Below, piece by piece: positions 37,585 to 42,982 of a DNA stretch of 42,982 nucleotides. The stretch is from a virus. Its lineage: Duplodnaviria > Caudoviricetes. Under the pieces are notes generated by a model that was not told the DNA's origin, did no database searches, and saw only the letters and a program-made list of their open reading frames with translations. How positions within the stretch are numbered: the stretch's first letter is position 1; every line of letters begins with the position of its first letter. The stretch is from positions 1-42,982 of IMG/VR virus record IMGVR_UViG_3300032253_000008; one strand, 5' to 3'. Both the position numbers and the translations under genes were made by a program.

Positions 37585-37730
37585 TGCGCATCGCTGCAAT
37601 CCGTGCCGCCGCTTTCGAATGCCTGCGCAATGCGGCATTCGAGGAACGCGTGAACAAGAGCCCAGAAGCCGCTGACTTTTGGCGCGAACGCGCCGCAACG
37701 TGGTTTCGTCGTGAAGGAGAATTGACATGA
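37584..37730 (+). CDS. Hypothetical protein (48 aa)
   Basis: TGATG overlap, GGAGG SD; MRIAAIRAAAFECLRNAAFEERV. Confidence 0.7.
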   Translation: MRIAAIRAAAFECLRNAAFEERVNKSPEAADFWRERAATWFRREGELT

Positions 37731-38263
37731 CCCGCCCACCTTTTGACCCGCCCAAGCCGCTCATGTCCGCGCAGTCGATGGCGTTCGGCCTCGACAGCCT
37801 GCTCTACAACAAGGAGCGCGCCGAAGGTAAGAAAGACACGTCTGCGGACGTGTTCTACAACCCGCTTGGTCGCCCGATGATCTGCGGGCACGTCATTCCT
37901 GATTTCCAGCGCGGCCTGTGCTGGACGGAGGACCAGAACCTCGCGTTGATCGACAGCATCTTCCGCGGCATCCCGATTGGCACCTACGCGGTGAATTTCT
38001 CGACGGATCACCTACCGCCTCGATTGACCAACGTCCTGCTCGACGGGCAACAACGTTTAAACGCACTGGCCCTGTACTGGAACGACGAATTGACCTACCT
38101 CGGTTACAAGTGGTCGGAACTCAATCGCCCGCAACAGGGGATTCTGAACCGCGTCATGTTCCCGCAGATGCGCACCAATACAAAGGACGAGGCCGAGGCA
38201 CGCACCTACTACAACGCGATGAACTTCGGCGGCGTCGATCACACTGAGGAGGATCGGGCATGA
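37727..38263 (+). CDS. Stand-alone DUF262 (ParB/Srx-like, GmrS-type) protein
   Basis: IPDFQRGLCW, LIDSIFRGIPIG, LLDGQQRL, YNAMNFGG. Confidence 0.85.
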   Translation: MTRPPFDPPKPLMSAQSMAFGLDSLLYNKERAEGKKDTSADVFYNPLGRPMICGHVIPDFQRGLCWTEDQNLALIDSIFRGIPIGTYAVNFSTDHLPPRLTNVLLDGQQRLNALALYWNDELTYLGYKWSELNRPQQGILNRVMFPQMRTNTKDEAEARTYYNAMNFGGVDHTEEDRA

Positions 38264-38487
38264 CCGACCGCGATTACCAAGAACTTAATGAGAAGGTGAA
38301 GCTGATCCGTCACTTCACCAACCTGTTTGGCTATACGAGGACCGAGGTGCGCAAAACCATCGACGAGATTCGAGCCGACAACAACGCGCCCGAGGGCGAG
38401 GAGTTGACTGACCTGCAGGCCATGTTGCTGCAACGCGCAGACGAGATGGAACGCAGCTTGGAAGCCATTGAGGAGAAGATCGGATGA
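38260..38487 (+). CDS. Hypothetical protein
   Basis: 75 aa, ATGA overlap, GAGGAGG SD. Confidence 0.75.
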   Translation: MTDRDYQELNEKVKLIRHFTNLFGYTRTEVRKTIDEIRADNNAPEGEELTDLQAMLLQRADEMERSLEAIEEKIG

Positions 38488-38804
38488 CCGGCTATCCACA
38501 ACGCGACGGCACCTGGACGTTCTACATGATCCAGAGCTGGTACGACCGCGACCCGAGGAACGAATGGGGCGTCTACACCTGGTACGAGAAGTACGACACG
38601 CGCGAGTTCGTCGAGTCGATGGGCGGTGTCTACGAGGAGACGACGTTGAACTCGTCGGGCAAGGTGTGGCAGCAGTCAGGCATTCACGGGACCGAGGACG
38701 CAGACTACTGCATCGTCCTCCTGCGACTCCTGCGCCGGGACTACCCGATGCACGACCACCGCATCGTCAAGATGACCGTGTCGCGCATGACGGAGGTGCT
38801 GTGA
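38484..38804 (+). CDS. Hypothetical protein
   Basis: 106 aa, ATGA overlap. Confidence 0.75.
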   Translation: MTGYPQRDGTWTFYMIQSWYDRDPRNEWGVYTWYEKYDTREFVESMGGVYEETTLNSSGKVWQQSGIHGTEDADYCIVLLRLLRRDYPMHDHRIVKMTVSRMTEVL

Positions 38805-39019
38805 TGATCGCAATCAGTGACAAAGGCAAGGTCCTCATGGGATCCTTCCGCAAATTCACGATAGGCATCCGCCTGCGTCAATTCAACCTCACGCAGGACG
38901 ACGTCCGCGAGATCGCAGCAATGAACGACCGCGACCTGTGCGCGACGATCCGTCAACTCGATGCCCGGTGCAATCGTCTACCCATCATACCGCTTGATTC
39001 TGACGAAACAGGCGCCTAA
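38804..39019 (+). CDS. Hypothetical protein (71 aa)
   Basis: TGATG overlap, GGAGG SD; MIAISDKGKVLMG. Confidence 0.7.
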   Translation: MIAISDKGKVLMGSFRKFTIGIRLRQFNLTQDDVREIAAMNDRDLCATIRQLDARCNRLPIIPLDSDETGA

Positions 39020-39022
39020 CGT
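38994..39022 (+). promoter_or_regulatory. Internal sigma70-like promoter without operator
   Basis: TTGATT-17 nt-TAACGT followed by ATCAACGGAG leader. Confidence 0.5.
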
Positions 39023-39045
39023 TCGATCATCAACGGAGAGAAAAC

Positions 39046-39174
39046 ATGACTGCAAAAATTATCCCTTTCCCGAAACCCAAGCCCGCTCCTGAGGCTGCAC
39101 CTGCCGAGGATCACTCGGTGCGTGCGATGCTCGAAGGTCTGCGCGCTGCACGTCAGGAGCACGAAAGAAAATGA
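39046..39174 (+). CDS. Hypothetical protein (42 aa)
   Basis: MTAKIIPFPKPKP...; AACGGAG SD; ATGA overlap with next gene; below the ORF-track cutoff. Confidence 0.7.
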   Translation: MTAKIIPFPKPKPAPEAAPAEDHSVRAMLEGLRAARQEHERK

Positions 39175-39977
39175 AAGCAATCACCTTCTCATTCACCCGC
39201 GACTGGCAGACAGCGCGTTCGATCCCAGGCACTGGTGAGGTAGAACACGAACCCGCAGGCCGTGACAAAGACACCGCCACCTACGTCGTCGCGGAATCGT
39301 ATCACGAGACACTCGCTCGTGCGCAGCTGGAAGACGACTTCAAACGCCACAACATTTGCGACATTCAGGTGACCGATGTGCGCGACGTGCGCGGTATCGT
39401 GCATTTGCTAGCTGCCTGCTATGGTGCGGGCCTCGTCAGACAAGGGCAGATCGCGGGTGAGTATCCTCCGCCGCCCGTCGATGTGCCCGAGACGCCCGGA
39501 ATCCCAAGAGCTGACGCGGACGCTGCGAGCTCTGGCACAATCACCGGGCGGTTCACGCGCACATATCCGCCATTCCACGAGCAGAAGCCTTCTCGCCTGC
39601 ATCGAACGGCAAACGACCCGCGGACAGAACACCTGGCGAAGGTCGACTACTCACAGATCGAGGCGCGCATCCTCGCGCACATGGAAACGCCTCCCGAGGA
39701 CCTGGGACGCTTCGACTGCTCGGGCAACTATCGGTGGCCGACAGCCTACGCAACGGGCTCACGCAAGCTGTCCGAGCTGTCCGACGGCGTCCACCCAACT
39801 CACGACCGCGTCACCCGGACGTCGATCAACATCTCCCAGATGCTCGAACAGGCCGCGGTGGCTCAGGACAAACTCGAGGAGTGGCACAAGGTGCTCCGTG
39901 AGGCTGGCTTCCTCCCGGCAGGAGACGGGCCGCTCGCAGACACCTGGATCAAGGAGGACGACGATGAATCCGCGTAG
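39171..39977 (+). CDS. Hypothetical protein with family A DNA polymerase-like motifs
   Basis: GTITGRF, KVDYSQIEARILAH, YATGSRKLS, THDRV in PolA order within about 100 aa. Confidence 0.7.
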   Translation: MKAITFSFTRDWQTARSIPGTGEVEHEPAGRDKDTATYVVAESYHETLARAQLEDDFKRHNICDIQVTDVRDVRGIVHLLAACYGAGLVRQGQIAGEYPPPPVDVPETPGIPRADADAASSGTITGRFTRTYPPFHEQKPSRLHRTANDPRTEHLAKVDYSQIEARILAHMETPPEDLGRFDCSGNYRWPTAYATGSRKLSELSDGVHPTHDRVTRTSINISQMLEQAAVAQDKLEEWHKVLREAGFLPAGDGPLADTWIKEDDDESA

Positions 39978-40057
39978 GATGAAGGCCAGTGCCTGATTGG
40001 GATCGACAAGACGACCCGTGCGACGACTGGTCAACCGGTGACCGAAACCTGAGCGCC

Positions 40058-40087
40058 TTAACAGACGCACCGTCTGCTCCTATCGTT
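40058..40087 (+). promoter_or_regulatory. Internal sigma70-like promoter without operator
   Basis: TTAACA-17 nt-TATCGT followed by ATCAACGGAGG leader. Confidence 0.45.
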
Positions 40088-40110
40088 GCGGAATCAACGG
40101 AGGACCCAGA

Positions 40111-40332
40111 ATGACTTACCTTGAAGCAAAACGCATCGCGCAGGACCAGGACGCTTATGGCAAATGGAACACTGCTCCCGCATGGAATCGCGCCGAACGG
40201 CTGCGACGTGCTGAGATGTCGCCCTTGCGACGCATTATCGACGACGCACTGACAGGTGCCGGCTATGCCGTCCTGTTCGTCGTGTCGTATGGCCTGCCTG
40301 TTTTAGGTCTTGTAAAGTGGTACCTTGCTTAA
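40111..40332 (+). CDS. Small membrane protein
   Basis: 73 aa, C-terminal TM helix, AACGGAGG SD. Confidence 0.75.
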   Translation: MTYLEAKRIAQDQDAYGKWNTAPAWNRAERLRRAEMSPLRRIIDDALTGAGYAVLFVVSYGLPVLGLVKWYLA

Positions 40333-40778
40333 TCCCACCAATCGGCCTTAACGAGGCGCTTGGTCATCCCCTTATTGCAGATCAGATGATTACCATAATC
40401 GTGCGCGACGAACCGCTTGCCGATCATGCCGAAGTTCGCCCGCTTCGTGTCGGTCATCCATGCTGGGAGCTTGTCAGGATAGGTCTTTGCGGGCCTCGTG
40501 CGTCGTTGACGCAGGACTGTGCCACAAGGCGAGATCGCAACACAGGGCGCGAGCCAATCCGACACGTCCTTGCCCATGTGCAGTGCGTCGTTCCAGATAT
40601 CCCATTCCCGAATGTTCGAAAACGATTGCGAACCTGTCTCGAATTTAAGAACGTACCGAGGATCTGGCTCGAAGACGTAGACGTCGCGATAGGCTCCTGA
40701 TCCTAAGAGCTCCGCGCACATGAAGTAGAAGAAGTCGTGTTCAATCGTCGATTTGAACCACTCGTCGTGGACGGCCAT
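40329..40778 (-). CDS. Minimal protein-kinase-like protein (149 aa)
   Basis: LGSGAYRDVY (Gly loop), VLK, NIRE (helix C Glu), DTKRAN (catalytic loop), HDYG (DFG-like); TAATG overlap with terL. Confidence 0.8.
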   Translation of the reverse strand: MAVHDEWFKSTIEHDFFYFMCAELLGSGAYRDVYVFEPDPRYVLKFETGSQSFSNIREWDIWNDALHMGKDVSDWLAPCVAISPCGTVLRQRRTRPAKTYPDKLPAWMTDTKRANFGMIGKRFVAHDYGNHLICNKGMTKRLVKADWWD

Positions 40779-42250
40779 TAGTGAGTCCCTCGCAGTGACG
40801 ATGTTACGATCTCCTTGGACCCGTCGATCATCAAGTCGTGGATGCACCACACCAGTGCGTCGATGCGGTCAGGTGAATAGGTTGCGCTCAGGCGTTCCCA
40901 AGTGCACATCTGATCCTCAAGGTTGTCGAGGTGACCCTCGTTCTTCGTCCCGTCAGCCATCACGACAGCGTTGCCGACGTGCGACACCTTGCCTTGCTCG
41001 TATTTCATCGCGACGGGTTCCGCGCGTGCTAGTTTCCCGCGTGATGCGTGCACCATCTTGACGGGCATGTCTGCATTCGATCCTTCTAGGACGTGCTTGA
41101 CCATGTCACCGCCTTGGTTCACCTCTGCGACGACGCTGTCCGCCTGCCATGTGTCGAACGCGGCGGCGACCTTATCGCCCCACCCTTTTGGGCTGTACTT
41201 GCCTGAATAGTCGGCGAGCACATAAGCCCGATTGTCTGACCCAAGAGCTGCGACGATTATGCCTGTCTCGTCTGATCCTTCCTTGTCCGTCGTCGCGGGA
41301 TCGACGCCCACCACGATGCGCAGGAAATAGAACTCGGGATCCAGGAGCGTGGGCATCACGTCGAGGCGGTTCTCGTTGATCGACGAACGCGTCCACAATG
41401 CGCCTTCCAGCTCCTCAAGCAGGATGCCGTCAAGCTCCTGACGTCCCAGCTGACTGTTCCCATACATGTCGCGCAGTTCCTGGATGACACCAGGTGCTAG
41501 GTTGACCGCATTGCGTTCGGAGCTACCCGACGTAATGACCACTTCCTTGTCAGACGCCTTCATCGCACGCGCAACGAGGCGCTTGATCAGTGGCTTGGGC
41601 TTGGGGGTTGTCGAGATGAACACCTTGGGCGCTTTACCCAGGCGCAGACCGAACATGGCCTGGTCGAAGGTCTCCATGCGACGCCATGCCGCGAGTTCGT
41701 CCATCCAGAGGAACGAGTGCTGGGGGCCACGAAGGCGCTCAGGCTCGTCCGCACTATAGAGCGTCACCATCGCACCGTTCTCCCACGTCACGCGACGCTT
41801 TGACGGTTCGTAGAGTGGGCGACCCATCAGGTTGCCGTTGACGTCGCGGTCCCAAGGGTTGCAGACTGCGAGTAGTCCCGACTCGCCTTCGACCATGACG
41901 TCGCGAACGTCAGCCGCGGTAGGTGCAATGAGGCCCCCGCGATTGTATCCCATGCGCACGAGGTCCTTCGACCATTCGGCACCTGTTCGAGTCTTGCCCG
42001 AGCCACGACCGGCTAGGTAGATCCAGAACTTGTACTGCGATGTGGGTGGGAGCTGCTCTGTGCGAGCAAGGAATTGCCAGTCGGTGACCAGCTGGTGCAT
42101 GACGTCGGGCCCAAAGTGCTCCATCCACGTCTCGACCTCAGACGGGTTCTCGCGGAAGTAGTCCATCGTGAGACCCAAACGACGAAACGACAGCCCAAGT
42201 TCCTGTCCGTCAATGTCGTCTGGGTTTACTGATGTGAAGTCGAATGGCAT
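40778..42250 (-). CDS. terL: Terminase large subunit
   Basis: AGRGSGKT, LRGPQ, WMDELAAW, STTP, VVGVDPA, SPDRIDALVW. Confidence 0.96.
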   Translation of the reverse strand: MPFDFTSVNPDDIDGQELGLSFRRLGLTMDYFRENPSEVETWMEHFGPDVMHQLVTDWQFLARTEQLPPTSQYKFWIYLAGRGSGKTRTGAEWSKDLVRMGYNRGGLIAPTAADVRDVMVEGESGLLAVCNPWDRDVNGNLMGRPLYEPSKRRVTWENGAMVTLYSADEPERLRGPQHSFLWMDELAAWRRMETFDQAMFGLRLGKAPKVFISTTPKPKPLIKRLVARAMKASDKEVVITSGSSERNAVNLAPGVIQELRDMYGNSQLGRQELDGILLEELEGALWTRSSINENRLDVMPTLLDPEFYFLRIVVGVDPATTDKEGSDETGIIVAALGSDNRAYVLADYSGKYSPKGWGDKVAAAFDTWQADSVVAEVNQGGDMVKHVLEGSNADMPVKMVHASRGKLARAEPVAMKYEQGKVSHVGNAVVMADGTKNEGHLDNLEDQMCTWERLSATYSPDRIDALVWCIHDLMIDGSKEIVTSSLRGTH

Positions 42251-42258
42251 GTAGGTGA

Positions 42259-42273
42259 TATAAGCCAGTTAGG
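42259..42273. promoter_or_regulatory. Degenerate operator-like site just upstream of terL
   Basis: TATAA GCCAG TTAGG, 8 nt from the terL ATG. Confidence 0.5.
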
Positions 42274-42301
42274 TGGGATTGCGCGAGCATGAAAAAAGGT
42301 G

Positions 42302-42330
42302 TTGATGTGTCCCTATAACTCGCTTATACG
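42302..42330 (+). promoter_or_regulatory. Cassette promoter P4 with embedded operator
   Basis: TTGATG-17 nt-TATACG containing TATAACTCGCTTATA. Confidence 0.85.
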
Positions 42331-42367
42331 TCGTAGTAAGGAAACGCAATCAACGGAGAACAAGACA

Positions 42368-42580
42368 ATGATCAGCAACATGACACAGGCCGAATGGGTC
42401 GCACACCTCGAAACGCGCCTCGAACAGCAGCCGCATAATGTAGGCATCAAGTTCAACCTTCGTGACGTTCGCGCAATGAACGCGAAGCAGTGGGCGGCTC
42501 ACAAAGCGAAAGCCAGCGAGAGAAACGCCGCGCGTGATGTAGCGATTGCGAAGATGGCGGAGCAGTTGATGGGTAAGTAA
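42368..42580 (+). CDS. Hypothetical protein (70 aa, plus-strand cassette 4)
   Basis: ATG 42368 after ATCAACGGAG; own promoter and downstream hairpin. Confidence 0.8.
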   Translation: MISNMTQAEWVAHLETRLEQQPHNVGIKFNLRDVRAMNAKQWAAHKAKASERNAARDVAIAKMAEQLMGK

Positions 42581-42606
42581 GCCTTCGCACCCCTCGACGA
42601 ACGACA

Positions 42607-42629
42607 AACGGCGCCCATTGGGCGCCGTT
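42607..42629. terminator. Likely bidirectional terminator hairpin
   Basis: AACGGCGCCC-att-GGGCGCCGTT, 10-bp stem between convergent genes. Confidence 0.7.
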
Positions 42630-42661
42630 GCTGTTTGAGCAGACCCGGCAAAGCCGCGATC

Positions 42662-42982
42662 TCATGCGGTGTCTTGGTCTTTCGGGCATGGTGACAGGGT
42701 CTCGCCACGTCCACCAGGCGTGTCGCGCAGCTCTGCAAGGACTTCGAGCATGATCTCGTCCCACGGCAGGTCGCGTCGATCATCTTCGGTGAAGTCGCTG
42801 CTCACCATGCGTTCTTCTGCGGCATCTGCTGCCTCGCGCACCGAAGCCTCACCCATCGCCTCGGCGATCATCGTGCGCGACAGTGGGTCCCGTTTCAGCA
42901 GTTCAAGGATCACGGCATAGCGGTATTGCAGGAGCGCGTCGACCATGTCGGCAAGACCTGTGATCATCGCACGACGGAAAGC
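42662..42982 (-). CDS. Hypothetical protein, C-terminal part
   Basis: Frame open to the window edge; converges on cassette 4. Confidence 0.6.
   Translation of the reverse strand, partial: AFRRAMITGLADMVDALLQYRYAVILELLKRDPLSRTMIAEAMGEASVREAADAAEERMVSSDFTEDDRRDLPWDEIMLEVLAELRDTPGGRGETLSPCPKDQDTA

Noticed and set aside
39171-39977. Calling this the phage replicative DNA polymerase
   Set aside because: Too short; lacks fingers, thumb and exonuclease regions and the motif B R..K residues. Reported only as a motif-bearing protein.
27791-42330. Repeated 18-nt core as CRISPR repeat or att site
   Set aside because: Copies are kilobases apart with no spacer array, and always sit in -35/-10 geometry before an SD; no integrase or cas gene in the window.

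Overview
43-kb fragment of a long-tailed (siphovirus-type) dsDNA phage, most likely of an alphaproteobacterial (Rhodobacteraceae-like) host; host and taxonomy are inference. The minus strand carries, right to left: large terminase, a minimal protein kinase, portal, class II ribonucleotide reductase, a MuF head protein fused to an ADP-ribosyltransferase, endolysin, PhoH, scaffold, P22-like capsid, a T5 A1-like metallophosphoesterase, neck/tail genes (with a -1 frameshift chaperone), tail tip/fibre, spanins, then a replication block (ThyX, SNF2 helicase, SSB-like, AEP primase, UvrD-like helicase, truncated). Four plus-strand cassettes are inserted among these genes, each behind a near-identical sigma70-type promoter containing a TATAA-N5-TTATA palindrome. 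Degenerate copies of that palindrome also precede several minus-strand operons and a small XRE-HTH gene, suggesting one genome-wide regulon. Other unusual signals: nine GTTTAAAC palindromes, a 268-aa protein with compressed family A DNA polymerase motifs, a 5'-truncated HNH gene, and iteron-like repeats. No integrase, tRNA or CRISPR array was seen. All calls come from reading motifs by eye, with no database searches.
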